Shown: positions 1 through 20,627, numbered from the stretch's first letter. The stretch: 64,000 nucleotides of DNA from Amoebidium appalachense (GCA_963693365.1 CAVNZM010000018.1:1898728-1962727), one strand, 5' to 3'. Notes: generated by a model not told the origin, from the sequence alone. A program made the numbers and translations.

Positions 1-2768
1 TCGGGTACCCATCTAAGCCCCCGGAGCGTGCTATCCCTTTAGCAAGGTATGTCCAAAGTCACACTTTGCGGTTCCCTCAAATATCCCATGCCCACAACAC
101 CGACTGGGGAGTGGCCTTTTGGCCATCAACCATGTCAAAACTCTCTCTCCCTCCTAACCTCTCTAGGTCATCTGACCACTCTCCTATCCTTTTCCTACCT
201 AAGATCTCCCTTGATCTGCTCCCCCCTCCCCCTCCCACCTTTCGCCTCCGTCTATCCCAGCTTAAGTCACAGTGGGGTAGAGTTGATGTATGTGTATGCT
301 ATGCTACGAAACACCCTATATATATGCGCCTATTAGAATCTGCACAAGCCAGGCCAGATTCACATCTCGTACTAGATACATGCACTAACTTTATTGTTGA
401 TGATTTGATAGATCTCGGTGATTATGCTGGCGGTGGTAGGAAGGAATATCCCGATGCTCTCTTGTTACCAAACACCACTCCCGCTAGACAAGGTGAACCC
501 CTGTCTCAAAAGGAAAGCTTGCGCCGGCTTGCTAGTATGAATCGATTTGGCCCCCCTGCTCGTATTATTGGTGATACCACTGGAGACCCCCTCATAGACT
601 CTGATAAGTATTTCTCGGAACTGTTTAAAGATAGGACCCCCGCTCAGAAACCTATTGTGTGGCCTGTAGACCCATCTATCCCCATAGAATCGATCCTCCC
701 CTTTTTCAGTCCCGATGCCATATGGTCTGTGATATCTAGTTATAGCTCTAGTAAGTCTTGTGGACCTGATGGACTCCCTGCTGGGTTTCTTAAAATCCTT
801 GTTCCCTCCTACCCACAAAAGGAAAGTGATCGTGCTATTAAACCTGATCTTACTATCATGTTAAGCTCTCTCTTTTCTTGGTGTGTTAAATGTGGACATG
901 TCCCGTCATCTTGGTTAGATACCTTAGTGATCCCCATAGTTAAGAAGGACTCTGAGGGCCCCATATCATCCTTTCGCCCCATTACACTAACCCAGGTTGT
1001 TCGTAGATTCTTTGAAGCTTGCTTACTTAGGTTATTTGCACATCACCCTAGGTTTCAATCTATTCTTCACATACACCCATGCCAATCCGCTTTTCGTAAA
1101 AACAATTCATGTTATGTTCAAATAATGGCACTGCACGATTCTATGCAAGTTGGTGCACAATATGTTGGCTTTATTGATTGGAAAACTGCTTACGATTCTG
1201 TCTCCCCTGGTCTCCTATGGGAAAAGCTTGCTGCACGGGGTGTACCACACTGCATTGGTGTTCTGTTAGAAGCACTCTTGTCTCAAACCTATGGTAGAGC
1301 TGTGGTTAATGGGCATCTTTCATATGGTTTTGCTCGTACTAGAGGTCTCTTGCAGGGTTCATTGCTTAGCCCCTTTTTGTTTAACCTATTTATAGATGAT
1401 TTGGCTGTCAAGATTTACGCCGAAAACGATGACCCTATTAATAACTTTCCGCCTGCACTTCTCTATGCTGATGATCTGTCCCTCCTTGCCCGTACCCCTA
1501 GACGCCTGCAAAGATTGTTCGATGTAGTGTCAGAGTGGTGCAAGGCAAACCTTATGATCCTTAACATAGACAAATGTGGTGTTCTTGTACCTGATATAGC
1601 TAACAATTTACACACATTTACATTATCATCTAAACCTGTACCTATAGTTCCAGAATACAAATATCTTGGTGTTCCGGTTGATTCTGTTGGTGTTATGTTT
1701 CCCCATATGGTCGAAAAGAGGGTAGAGTTGGCTCGTAAGCGGTTAGCTTTCTTCTCGGCTAATATTTTTAAAGACACACCCCTCCATCCTTCTATTAGAC
1801 TTACATTTATTCGCACTTTTGTCTTCCCGGCATGTGAATATGGTTTACCCCTTCTCGCCGCTTGGATCAAGAAAGAGAGAACTAGAGCGCTTAAACCCTT
1901 GGCAAATTTCCTTGAAGCAGAAGTTGCCTCCTTTCTATCTAACAACTGTTGTAAACCTGGGCCTGTAACGCTCTCGATATATGGTCTGGTCCCAATAGCT
2001 GCTAGAGTATCCTATCTCGCGCTGAAATTCAATAAGCACATAAGCCGCTTAAAGAAGTATTTGCCCTCCCACCCTCTCTTCTCTATCCGACCTGTCCCCT
2101 CCTCACCTCTCACCTCTTTCCTCCCCTCTCTCTCCCCTTCTCCCCTGGGCACAAATACAAATAAACCCCGCAATAGTGTGTGTGTGACTTTGGACTGCCA
2201 CTTACTTATTAAACATGTACACAATCACAAGATAATCACGCAATATAACAAATGGAAAAAGATACCACACGACACTAGACCCGATGAAAGCATACACCTT
2301 GAAAAACTAAGCCTTATGTCTCGTTTTATATATACTGACCGCCTCAACCATATTGCCAAATATGGCACTCGCAAGTGTATAACACCTAAATACATATTAC
2401 CTTCCTGTAGAACTGGTCTTTCTCTAGCTGATGGTATTATTGATCAATTACCACGCTTTTACTGTACACGTGCTATACAGTGGAGATCTAATAAGTATAA
2501 GGTGGCATCATTTGCATGCCCAAACAACACACACACACACCAGTTTAACCGGTCATGTATCGCCAAATGTAGTTTGATAGACCACATAATACCGCAACAC
2601 ACACACGTCACATTCACAACAGACACCCAGAAAGATAGCCTACCTGTAAATTACAACATCCTTGATTTTATACTAAACACGCGTAACTACGACCTGTTTA
2701 TTAGATGTATTGATTGGCTTGAGAAACACATCACTACAAAATTATAGCGCACGCGCACACACACACAC

Positions 2769-2819
<51 letters not shown>

Positions 2820-2851
2820 CCAGCTGATACCGAGTGTCCCAAGGGGAGCCC

Positions 2852-2893
<42 letters not shown>

Positions 2894-3090
2894 GGGGAAC
2901 CCCAACTAATTGATTTCTCCTTGTAGTCTTTATGGTGTCTCGTAGAGAAAGTAAACCCTGATATATAGTCACCACCCGACATCTATGTACGTGATCATGA
3001 TATACCGCTGAGGGGATATTCCGAGCAAAACCCCCCCCCCCATACCTGAGACTGGTTCTCTTTGCCTCGAGTAAACAGCGTAAACCCCAT
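1..3090 (+). mobile_element. LINE-like (APE-RT) retrotransposon, copy 1 (5' part outside the window)
   Basis: ORF2 is followed by a 3' region made of (CA)n, a short unique stretch, an internal A-run and ~200 bp ending ...GCGTAAACCCCATA. The 3' boundary is defined by homology with the copy at 32892-34253. Confidence 0.9.
3..2747 (+). CDS. ORF2 of a non-LTR retrotransposon: C-terminal end of an APE endonuclease, then reverse transcriptase and a Cys/His-rich C-terminus; open off the left edge of the window
   Basis: The frame of the 66..2747 ORF has no stop back to position 3. APE terminal motif NTDW...SSDHSPI. RT motifs KSCGPDGL, FRPITL, QSAFR, FIDWKTAYDSV, GLLQGSLLSPFLFN, YADD and KYLGV. C-terminal CPNNTHTH..C...C. 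Confidence 0.95.
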   Translation, partial: GYPSKPPERAIPLARYVQSHTLRFPQISHAHNTDWGVAFWPSTMSKLSLPPNLSRSSDHSPILFLPKISLDLLPPPPPTFRLRLSQLKSQWGRVDVCVCYATKHPIYMRLLESAQARPDSHLVLDTCTNFIVDDLIDLGDYAGGGRKEYPDALLLPNTTPARQGEPLSQKESLRRLASMNRFGPPARIIGDTTGDPLIDSDKYFSELFKDRTPAQKPIVWPVDPSIPIESILPFFSPDAIWSVISSYSSSKSCGPDGLPAGFLKILVPSYPQKESDRAIKPDLTIMLSSLFSWCVKCGHVPSSWLDTLVIPIVKKDSEGPISSFRPITLTQVVRRFFEACLLRLFAHHPRFQSILHIHPCQSAFRKNNSCYVQIMALHDSMQVGAQYVGFIDWKTAYDSVSPGLLWEKLAARGVPHCIGVLLEALLSQTYGRAVVNGHLSYGFARTRGLLQGSLLSPFLFNLFIDDLAVKIYAENDDPINNFPPALLYADDLSLLARTPRRLQRLFDVVSEWCKANLMILNIDKCGVLVPDIANNLHTFTLSSKPVPIVPEYKYLGVPVDSVGVMFPHMVEKRVELARKRLAFFSANIFKDTPLHPSIRLTFIRTFVFPACEYGLPLLAAWIKKERTRALKPLANFLEAEVASFLSNNCCKPGPVTLSIYGLVPIAARVSYLALKFNKHISRLKKYLPSHPLFSIRPVPSSPLTSFLPSLSPSPLGTNTNKPRNSVCVTLDCHLLIKHVHNHKIITQYNKWKKIPHDTRPDESIHLEKLSLMSRFIYTDRLNHIAKYGTRKCITPKYILPSCRTGLSLADGIIDQLPRFYCTRAIQWRSNKYKVASFACPNNTHTHQFNRSCIAKCSLIDHIIPQHTHVTFTTDTQKDSLPVNYNILDFILNTRNYDLFIRCIDWLEKHITTKL

Positions 3091-4052
3091 AGCCATTTGT
3101 AGAGCTGCGACAATCATAGATCAACAGGTTCGTGGAACGCCGTGCTAGGTCACAGACAACTTAAAAGTGCATTGATTTGTTGTGCACAATGCTGCATATA
3201 TGTGGGCTGTGTACTGTATAATATATTATTTTGCTTGTGGGAGGCATGCTGTATCCATGCGCAGCACTGTGCGCATGCAGAAAGCACGATATTCGTTGGG
3301 ACAAACAGAAGTTTGCTGGCAAATTTGTGCGTGCACGACTGGAAATTACTGATCATGAGCACACTTGGCAGGGAAAGAAAATTGTCGGCCGGCACTCCCG
3401 GTACTGAGTGACGAACGTACGCGTGCACATATGCACTTTATTCCCCTTTTATTGGGCTATAAACAAGGCGATAGTTACGATTTATTTGCAGGGTGCAGAG
3501 CATATATATGCCTGTACATGTGCACTTGTTTGTTGGTGTCATCACAATGGCATTGTGCACGGCTATGCACATCATGCGCTGCAAACAATACATGTGCCGA
3601 ATGCTGTACACTGGCCAAATGCGCATGCGCATGTAAAGTGTGCTACTGTACCGCTAGGCTACATATCATCATGTGAAAACATACTGCATGCAAGACAAAG
3701 GCATTGAATATGTCCGTTTGGATGTTAGGAGAGTTTGTTGATTGGTCTCTGCATGGGCAGTCGTAGCTTGTTGGTCAACACGGTGCCATGGTGAAGATTG
3801 TGCAAGAGGAATGAAAACGTTCATAACGATCTGTGAATGAAATGTATAGTGTTATCAATAGTATTTATAAGTACACGTACATGCATTTGCGTGTCCTTTA
3901 ATCTCTCGATTCGAGCAGTGCACGTGCACATGATGACAGTAAATTCAAGCGAACCAGCTAAGCGAACCTTGCCTATTTGGTTGTTTGCGGATAGTGTTGA
4001 CTGCTGATGTCTTGCAGCGAAAAGCGAAGTGTAAGTGTGTGCGCGCGCGCGA

Positions 4053-4121
<69 letters not shown>

Positions 4122-4123
4122 AC

Positions 4124-4155
<32 letters not shown>

Positions 4156-4907
4156 ATACTGTGTGCGTGTTTGTGTTTATGTGTGTATATGTGTGTTTGT
4201 GTGTGTGTAGGTGGGTGGGTGGACGTGGGTATTTACAACAGTGTGTGTGTCCACGTGTGTGGGTGTGAGTGTGAGTGTGTGCGCGCACGTGTGTGTGGGT
4301 GTGTACATGTACATGTATTTCGTTTTCGGGGGGGGGGGGGGGGGGGGGGGAGGGGGAGGGGGAGGGTGGATGGGTAGGTGGGTCCAGGAGGAGGGAGGGG
4401 AGGGGGGGGGGGGGGGGGAGGGAGGGGGGGGGGGGGGGGGGTGCACTCACAATCAGGACAATTTAGACGTTCAGTGACGCCTGATAGTCAGATAATCATT
4501 AATAGTGTACAGGATCATATCCGATATGTGTGAGGAGGACACAACACGCCACATACAATGTTGAATAAAATTATCATTTGCACACCGATATTTGGCTAAG
4601 AAGGATACATGTACACACACACGTGGAGCAATCATACAATTGCACTTATGCACATGTACATACTCAAGAGATATGCAAAGGAGGGCCTGATCGATCATGA
4701 CACGCACACACATACTCTCTCTCTCTTACAACAGCCACACGTCACGGTGCACTGGCATCATTGCACGGTGGCTTCAACACCGTGCCCATTTACACATATA
4801 TGGAAGCACAAAAAAACCTTACGTTCGCGAGTGCACACAGTGGCACCTACACAGTGGGGGAGGGGGGAGGGGAAGGGCTGGGGGGGGGGGGGGGGTCCGC
4901 ATATACA

Positions 4908-4943
<36 letters not shown>

Positions 4944-5084
4944 CGCTCAGGAAGCTCTTACTTATACACATGTATACACGTACCGGGCACAAGCTTGCGG
5001 GCCGCTTTCCCATCCAGATGCACACACGCAGTCAGTCACACTCGCAAACAAACACACACATGCGCGTCTCACGCGCGTATAGTG

Positions 5085-5127
<43 letters not shown>

Positions 5128-5992
5128 CACAGGCACAGGCACAGGCACACACACACACTGATCCTCAGTAAACTTTGCAGTGCCTTTTGGTGGTATTAGA
5201 ACCGACCTCCGGATCGGATCCCCCCCCCCCCCCCCCCCCCCCCATTCGATTCATGGGATGAAATAAGCTAAGAACAGGGGACATGTCGAGGACCCTCCTC
5301 CACCCATTCGATTCATGGGATGAAATAAGCTAAGAACAGGGGACATGTCGAGGGGAGGGGGGGGGGGGGGGAGGGGGGTTCGGAACGGGCGAGAGTCTGT
5401 GTTTGTGCGTGTGTGTGTGTGTGTGTGTTTGTTGGCGGTGGCGGTGACGGTGGTGTGTGTGTGTGTGTGTGGTGGTGGTGGTGGTGGTGGTGGGGGGGGG
5501 GGGAGGGGGGGGGATAGAGGTAGCCTGGGAGGTTCGTTTCACAAAGCTTCGTTTATAACTGAATACGTGCCACACAGTTACCAGTTTGGGTTATGCTTGC
5601 TACATATGTGGCAGGTATCAAGATGTATCCTCCGAGGCTAACAATAACGAGAATTTCACGAGGCTTTGCTGATATCTTCCCTCGGTGTGCTATTTGTATT
5701 GGTATCAAGGAGTAACCATACGTGTGTACCTTTTAATTATGCCATTAATCATCCCAACTGGAATACAACTCGGAACACAACCTCCAAATCATACAAAAAA
5801 CACAGTACGGTCACGGGAAGTAACAACACAACATTAAAATGACACAGCTTACTAATATCATGCAAATTCTTTTTAAGAATAAATCGATTCCCAGCAACAC
5901 CATTACAACCGTTGTTAGCAGAGTCACATTTCACATTCCTACAAACGAACAAAATAGCGACAAAGGGTTTGAAATTCACCGTGTTTTGTTTT

Positions 5993-12502
<6,510 letters not shown>

Positions 12503-14265
12503 TTTCTATGTTCTTGTTCAGCTAGTCCTCGAATATGATAGCTTCTTTGACAAGCAAACTTAATTAAGAAGCAATCAACACGACACAAACGTTGTTTGAG
12601 AGCGTTGATTTCTTGTACCCCTCTACAGTATTGCTAAAGAAATTTCCTTCCCTTTCTCTTTTTCTCTCTTTTTCTCTTTCAAGAGTAAAACTGAGCTTTT
12701 TTTCTCGCTTGATGAACTTTATGAAGGAGAGAAAATGACGCAGTAACAGGAAACGTGGAAACACGTCCTTCCCGTGCTCTGTTATGGCGTAATGACGCTG
12801 TGCCAAAACGCTGTTTCTGTGTGCTTCCATCCGGCAGATCCGCCGCAACGGTAAGCCGGCGGCAAAATGGGTGTTATGAATGGGTGCTTTGATTGGCAGA
12901 AACTAATTAATGTTGAATAGATCGCTAGCTAATATGGCTGTTTGCTGCATTATATGGTTAGTAAAGCGGTGTGTAAAATATTACATACCTATTAAAGCCT
13001 AAGATTGTGAGAATGTTTTGCATGTAAGGACACCCAGCTGAAATTGTATGCAGAAGGCATGAAATTTGGTTATCTAGCCAACCGATTAGTTCTGAACCGA
13101 GCTTTGCACTCGAGGAAGTAGTTCATTACATTGTGTTTGTTGATTGGGTATATATCATGTCTGTATTTTAGAACATACAAAGGCTATGATACTGCCGAAA
13201 GCACGTCGAAATAGTGGGGTTGAACAGTGCACCAGATACTTACGCTACATTCGCAAACATATGTTCTTTTACAGGGATAGTATATTGAGAATACATCTCT
13301 TTCTTTATCAATTTCTGCAGTTAAAAATCAAAATCTTGTTGCCCGTGGATCTTAGGCCCGATAAGCTGCGGTTTTGTTGGCACGAACGCAAAGCACGTGG
13401 TCATTATTATTTACCCATATTTGCCTATTTTTCAGATGGCGTGAACGTATTTGATTGGCTTAGTGATGCGCTATAACCCAATCAAATCGCATCTGGATTC
13501 TCAGCATTCTGATTGGTTTTCCTTGCACTACATCTTCCACGTGATTGGAGGTCTATCACGGGTTCCTTGAACACGCTGGTCAAAATTCACATGCTCATGT
13601 ATCGGTGCGTGCCACCTTCACACCGTACACCACCTCTTGAATGACAAGATGTTTTTTTTATTGTTGATAGTTTACCTGTCAGTGCATGGGCGATACACTT
13701 CTATTTCTGTCTACCGTCACAATATTATATTTCAGTTTTGTTTGTGTTCTACAATACCCCACTAGGAAACACCCTCTCTAGATCTAGCGCATCGTCCGAC
13801 CAACAGAGTGACACGAGCGCATCCATCTGTACACATCCACTTCGGTGTAGCCATGGGCAAAAACACGCACACGCACACGCACGCACGCACGCACACAGGG
13901 ACGCACACACTCAAGCACGCGCACTCACACAATCTTCACACACACACACGCACACACGCACACACGCGTACGCACACGCACACACACGCACACGCGCACG
14001 CGCACACACGCACACAACACACGCACACGCACACACACACGCACACACACACAAGCACACAGTTGCAAGCACACACACACACACACGCACACACATACAA
14101 ACCGTGCACGTGGCACACACACACACACACATACACACTGTCACACACACACATGTACACACACGTGCGCGTGCGCATACACACGCACCCGCACACGCAC
14201 ACACACACACACACACACGCACATATACACACACCTTGTGACACACACACACACACGCACACACG

Positions 14266-14322
<57 letters not shown>

Positions 14323-14357
14323 GCGCACACACAGAATCTGATACGCACGAGCATGCG

Positions 14358-14426
<69 letters not shown>

Positions 14427-14763
14427 CCCCCTCCCCCCAAAAAAAGAAGAAAGAAAGAAAGAAAGAAAGAGCGAGAGAGAGAAACCGAAGAGTTGCTTTA
14501 AGGGAAGGCAAAAACAAGTGGGAGAGGTGCCCGAGACCAATGAGATATAGAGCCACTGCGGCGGGCGGGCGGGCGGGCGGGCTGGGGGGGGGGGGGGAGG
14601 GGGGAAAGGGGGGGGGGGGTGGGGGGAGGGAAAGGAGAGTGGGTGGTGGGGGGGTGGGGGGGGGGGGGGGTGGGAGGCTGGTGCGTAATGGTGGTGGTGA
14701 TGGCGGAGGGAGAAAGGGCGGGGGGGGGGGGGGGGGGGGGGGGGGGGCTCAGAGCTTTTCCTC

Positions 14764-14841
<78 letters not shown>

Positions 14842-14850
14842 TCTCTCTCT

Positions 14851-15004
<154 letters not shown>

Positions 15005-15122
15005 ACTTTCCCTCTCTCTCTCTTTCTCTCCCCCTCTCTCTGTGCTCTCTCTTTTCTCTCTCTCTCTCTCTCTGTGTGTGTGTGCACGTGTGTCTCTCTC
15101 TCTCTGAGACTCTCTGTCTCTA

Positions 15123-15155
<33 letters not shown>

Positions 15156-15279
15156 GCTGACCTCCCCCACTTCCTCCCCTCCCTCCCCCTCCCTCTCGCT
15201 GAAGTTCCCCCCTCCCTCTCTCCCTCTTTCTCTCTCTCTCTCTCTCTCCCCCTCTCTCCCTCCCTCCCCCCCCCTCTCG

Positions 15280-15326
<47 letters not shown>

Positions 15327-16418
15327 CCCCCGGCACCCCCTCCCCCGGCCCGTCCCCTTTCCAGGGCCTCCCATCGGCTGTATTTAGATTTCCTTGCAGT
15401 TGGCGGCTGCAACATTCCTTCTTTTTTTGTTGCTTTATAAAAACGTTTTATGATGTAGACTTGTTGTGGCAAGGTTTAGCCGGATCCAGTAATGATGACA
15501 TGATCAGAAGCTCGGAGGCACTGGTACAGTGCAGGGCATGTGGGTGGGCATGCCGTTGAGGAGGGCCTAACCAAACCAGCAGTTTCAGTGTTCTGCAAAA
15601 GGAGCCTTGAATAGACATTTTGCAGGCAGAAAGTTTGTTTTTAATCAATTGAACAGAGATGATCATCATCAGTGGGTTCCTAGGCTGTCAAAGAGTGGTT
15701 TTCAACAATCTTGCCCCTTTCGCAGTGGTGCTACGATCGTGATGCATGTCATGGTGGTGGTGGTGGTGATGATGGTGTGTGTGTGTGTGTGTGTGTGCTT
15801 CTGAGCATAAAAGGCTTTCTCATACTACATATTCAACGGCCTTTGTAGCAACCACCCCACTACATACACGGCAGACCCAATTTGAGTCAAAAGAAAACAG
15901 GAGTCCAAAGCAATTTCATTTGTCGTGATCATCATACTTTCAGCTTTAAAAACTGTGTGGTCCATCATCTCCAAAAAAAATTCTTTATCACAACCCCAAT
16001 ATCAGCCATCTGGGCATTGGCCTGTGACATTCTTTGACGTTTAACATCAGCTATTGGAAATTTCCTATGTCTCCCTTGAGCTTCCCATGGTTAGGTTGAA
16101 TAACTCCATTATAGAAAACTTTATCACAACCCCTAGAGCAGACTATCTAGGTTATTGGCTTACTTACATAAAAATCAAACATAGAATCTTTAAAAATACG
16201 TCGTCAGTATGCCACATCTCTGTGCCCTTCAAGACATCCAACAAAAAAACCAAACGTTTGCATGCCCAGCAAAAAAAGCAGCACTATCTATCATCACCTC
16301 TTTTAAGGAAATACCACCTAGATATCCGTTACATCCTCCAACTAGAAAAAAAACACAAAACAACTTCATATACCATCACATGATATCCTGAATATCCAGC
16401 GCAAAATTTCCTGTCTAC

Positions 16419-16903
16419 CTACATCTTTGGATAGAGGCCAGATGTACCCTGGTTCTGGCTATCCGCCGTCGGATCATACCCGCTGCTTGGCCCGGGGGCG
16501 CCCGGATAACTCGGCGGGACAGGGGAGGCATACTGGTTTTGGATATTCGGGGGATACACGGTTTTTTCAGGCTGGTGGGTACCGTAGGCTGGGGCAGAGG
16601 TGGGGGCCGCGGTTGCGAAATTTTGATGGGGTGCGGCGGGATATGCGTGCTGTTCAGGTGGTGGATATACGGGGGCGGCGGCTGGATAGTATCCCCCCTG
16701 AGGCTGGACCGGGGGATAGTTGGGGGGAGGGACTGCTTGCTGGTGGGCGGCAGCCTGGGGGCTCTGGGGGAGTTTAAAAAAAGATTAGTGTTATGTTTAA
16801 AAATTAAAAAAACAACGGCATTCGTTGATGGTGAGTATGTGTCAATCACAGCACGGACACAGAGAGAAAGATTACTCAAGGTGACTGACTAGCTGTGAGA
16901 TGG

Positions 16904-16966
<63 letters not shown>

Positions 16967-17546
16967 CGTGTAGGGGTTACTTACGGCATGCATATACAAC
17001 CCAAGCGCATGCACGTACACACACAACACACAACAACCTCAAGCACACATCCACCGAACCTCCCCCCTCTGCCCCCCCCCCCCCCTTCCCCCCCCCAGCG
17101 AACAAAAAAAAAAAACAAGAATTAAAAAACAAGAAAACGGAAGCCTTTTGATTGGCTATTCAGCACGGTTGCCTAGCAACACACATACCATCGGTGGTCT
17201 CGCTGGGGGCTGGTTGTTCACAGGCGCCATATTTGGTGATACCGCGGCTCCCGCCGCCGCGACCGTCGGCGCCGTCATTCCCATTGGAGGAGGGGCAACC
17301 TCGCTTTCCTTTTTAGACATGGGGGCGGGTGGGGGGGCTTGAACGACAATGACTTGCTGGTTAGGTTCGGGAGTATCTCTCGTACTTGGGATGAAGAGGA
17401 GGGTGGTGATGGCGGTGATTACAATGTTGGCGACGGCCAGCCACATCGTCCAGCCGACGGTGCAGTTTCCGAGGGAGAAGTAGCCTGTGTACGTGTGTGT
17501 GTACGTGTGTGTACGTGTGTATGCCGTGTGTTTGCTTAGGTGTGCG

Positions 17547-17591
<45 letters not shown>

Positions 17592-19406
17592 AAAAGCGGA
17601 AAGCAGATTAGCAACTCTAGACAGACATCATGTTCAATTGTCACATACCATGACTTTTGCCCCCTTACCCCCCCCCCCCCCCCCCCCCCCTTCCAAAACA
17701 CACACACACAGACACACCATCCCCGGCGGGCCCGCTCTCCTTCTCGGTAGGAATCAAGAAGAGTGCTTACGTCTCTATGCCTCCCCCCCCCCCTCCCCCC
17801 CCATACATATTGCCCCCTTCTGGAAAGCCCAACTCAGCTCATACTTGACAGGTTGGATAGGAAGGAGAGGGGAGGAGGCGGAAGAGGGGAGGTGGGGGAG
17901 GAGGGGGGATGGGGGAGGGGAGGGGATAAGGGTCACAAGACATACCCGAGTGTTGACCACAAGCCCTGTTGCTCGTGTCGTACAAATTGCCATAATTGGC
18001 AGCCACAAGCATGACCGTCGTCCAATTGAAAATGAACACCACAAAGCACGCGATCGTGCAAACAGTGGCGACCATTTTGGCGGGAAGTCGCGCACAGCAA
18101 CTTAGGCAGCAGGCGACGCAGCCGGAAAACATGACGAAGAGGGAGCCGAACATGGCTACGGCGTAGAGTGCAGATCCGGTGCGGAACTGGAAATTTGGAG
18201 ATTTGCGATGCAAAATGTTAGGTTAATGGGCTTTTCCCGACAAGGTTTTGGGTTTTTGTGGTGTGATTGATGGTGTGAAGAGAGGAAATGAAGACATGTG
18301 ATGGTTTTAAAAGGGGCTCCTTTTGCTGTGATTACATTGCCACCAGTGGTGCGGAGTAAAGGGGAACGTGAGAGAGGGGTGAGGATAGAGGTGGTGTGTG
18401 TGTGTGTGTGTGGGGGGGGGGGGCGTATTCTAGCGAGCTTTAAAGGAAAGTACAATGACCAAAGGAATAATTGGATGCATAGATATCACGTTGAAAATGT
18501 TTGCCCACACACAACACCAGACCCAACAGACAAAACAAACAAAGAAAAAATGCATCATGTATACACCCCATAAGGCTTTGTTTTCCTTCGTTCCTTCTTT
18601 ATTCTTGCATTTAAATTGTTTAAAAATAAAAAGGGGCTACCCACCTGGCTGCTGGGATAGTCATAGTCGTCATCTACGTACCAATAGCAGTCCGAGGAGG
18701 TGCAGAACCTGCAGCAGTGTGCGGTCAGTGAAATGAAAACAAACATGCAAGTAGTGAAATGTAAACAAAGTGCGAGTAGTGAAATGTAACAAATTGCAAG
18801 TAGTGAAATGTAAACAAAGTGCAAGTAGTGGAATGTAAACAAAAGTGCAAGTAGTGAAATGTAAACAAAGAGGTGGCATGAAAACGTGCAATTAGTGAGA
18901 TGAACGCAAGCCCTGCAAACAGTGACAGGTAAACAAAAGTGCGGGTGGTGAAATGTAAACAACCGTGAAGGTAGTAAACAGTTTGTATGCCATGTTTATT
19001 AAGAAGAAGGAACACGCTCGTTGTTAAAAAGAATCTAATCCGTAATGGGGATGGTACGCAAATAGGGGTTCTGGTAATAGAAACGGGCAAGTTTCTTCCG
19101 GTGTTGTGTGTGTGGGTGTGTGGGTGTGTGTGTGTGTGGGGGGGGGGAGGGGGGGGGAGGGGGGCTTCCTGGATATTCAAGAAGAGAATGTGTGTGGGAA
19201 CCTGTTCCTGAAAAGGTGCAAGAGGTGGCAGTGGCCCGGTGGGTGGGTGGGTGGGTGATAGGGTGTGTCGTGCACGGCTGTATTTTATCCAAAAAAAAAA
19301 AACAACTGCGAGTGGTTGCGCTTGCTTGCAAGAGTGCGTGTGCAGCTGTGTGTATGTGCTTGCTTTGCATGTGGAGGAGGGCCGATGAGGGAAGGTGTGT
19401 GTGTGT

Positions 19407-19438
<32 letters not shown>

Positions 19439-19441
19439 GGG

Positions 19442-19531
<90 letters not shown>

Positions 19532-19700
19532 GGGTGGGGGGAGGGCGGGAGGGCGGGGGAAGGGGTTATTACCAAAGAAGACCACCATGATAATCTGTGG
19601 TGACATTGCGAACCCAAAAGGGGCAGAAGAGACAGACGGCTGAAATACCAAAAGACAGAAACGAAAGAAAACTGGCTGTGGACGCGCAGGAGAGCGGCAT
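16419..19700 (-). CDS. Five-exon claudin/PMP22/LHFPL-superfamily tetraspan membrane protein (~357 aa) with a Pro/Tyr-rich cytoplasmic tail
   Basis: Exons 19700-19573, 18708-18645, 18186-17946, 17484-17189 and 16763-16419, GT-AG and in phase. The spliced protein has the W...GLLW-FC-TSSD-C extracellular-loop signature, four hydrophobic segments, an LHFPL-like C...GYFSLGNCTVGW motif, and PPNY and PPSY in the tail. Confidence 0.82.
18727..18962. repeat. ~25-bp degenerate tandem repeat (GTAGTGAAATGTAAACAAAGTGCAA) in intron 1 of the tetraspan gene
   Basis: About 8 degenerate units adjacent to the acceptor at 18709. Confidence 0.85.
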
Positions 19701-20627
19701 TTTGAAATTTGCCCCGCGGAATGGGATGCGCGAGCTGACGATGGGTTGTGGGGTTAATGGGGTTAACGGTTTGTGTAAGTGTTTGCAATTGTGGTTGTGA
19801 TGATCGATCACTTGTGAGGTAGCAAACAAAAAGCTATTGTAAACTTCTAGTTTTCGCTACAGTTTCTGAATCAAAGAGATGTCTGGATGGGGCAGTTGAA
19901 GTTTCGGGTAAGGGAAGACCTTTTTCTAGCTCTAGATTTGTTTGATTTCTACACAGGTTCTTGCCAGAAACGCCCAGACATGTAAATGAAGAAACAACAC
20001 ACTGTACGTACAGTCAGATACTTTTCAGTGATAGAGCTTGAGTTTTGCCATTCGAAACGGATAAAGTACGTTTTATACCTTTTGATCACGGGGGGCCAGG
20101 CGGCTTGTGCTTGTCAACGAATGTCGAGGTAGTTCATTTCATCAAACCAGAAAGCGGTCGTATATTACATTACAATTACAATAACACGATATTTGAACCC
20201 GTCCCAGACGGAGTAAATAACGGTAAAACCCCCTCTTGAAAACAACTTTCAGATAATAAATGTGTGAATTCCGGTTGCCTTTGTGGATCTACGGAATGCA
20301 AGGTTGGTTAAACTTGGCCATCTAAGAAATCATCCATACAAGAAAACTAATATTGCATTTTCATTTGGTTTTCTGAATTTTTATACTTTAAAGCTAGATG
20401 AAAAAGACTTCCATAAATTAAAGCCTATTTATAACGATTTTAAACATCAAACAATATCATGCACGAGTTCTACCCTCACACACCAAAACACCCCGCTGCC
20501 CAGCTGCTGTCTTCACATCTGCAGGCTGTCTGGTTGAGTCACGCAAACAAAACGTTTGCCAGAACACGTGTACAGAAACACAAAACCAACTTTGCTTTTC
20601 TGCTGAGGTCATCGGAGCGTTGAATCT

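Noticed and set aside
5241-5352. ~50-bp direct duplication (CCCATTCGATTCATGGGATGAAATAAGCTAAGAACAGGGGACATGTCGAGG)
   Set aside because: Real, but only a two-copy local duplication with no evidence of function.
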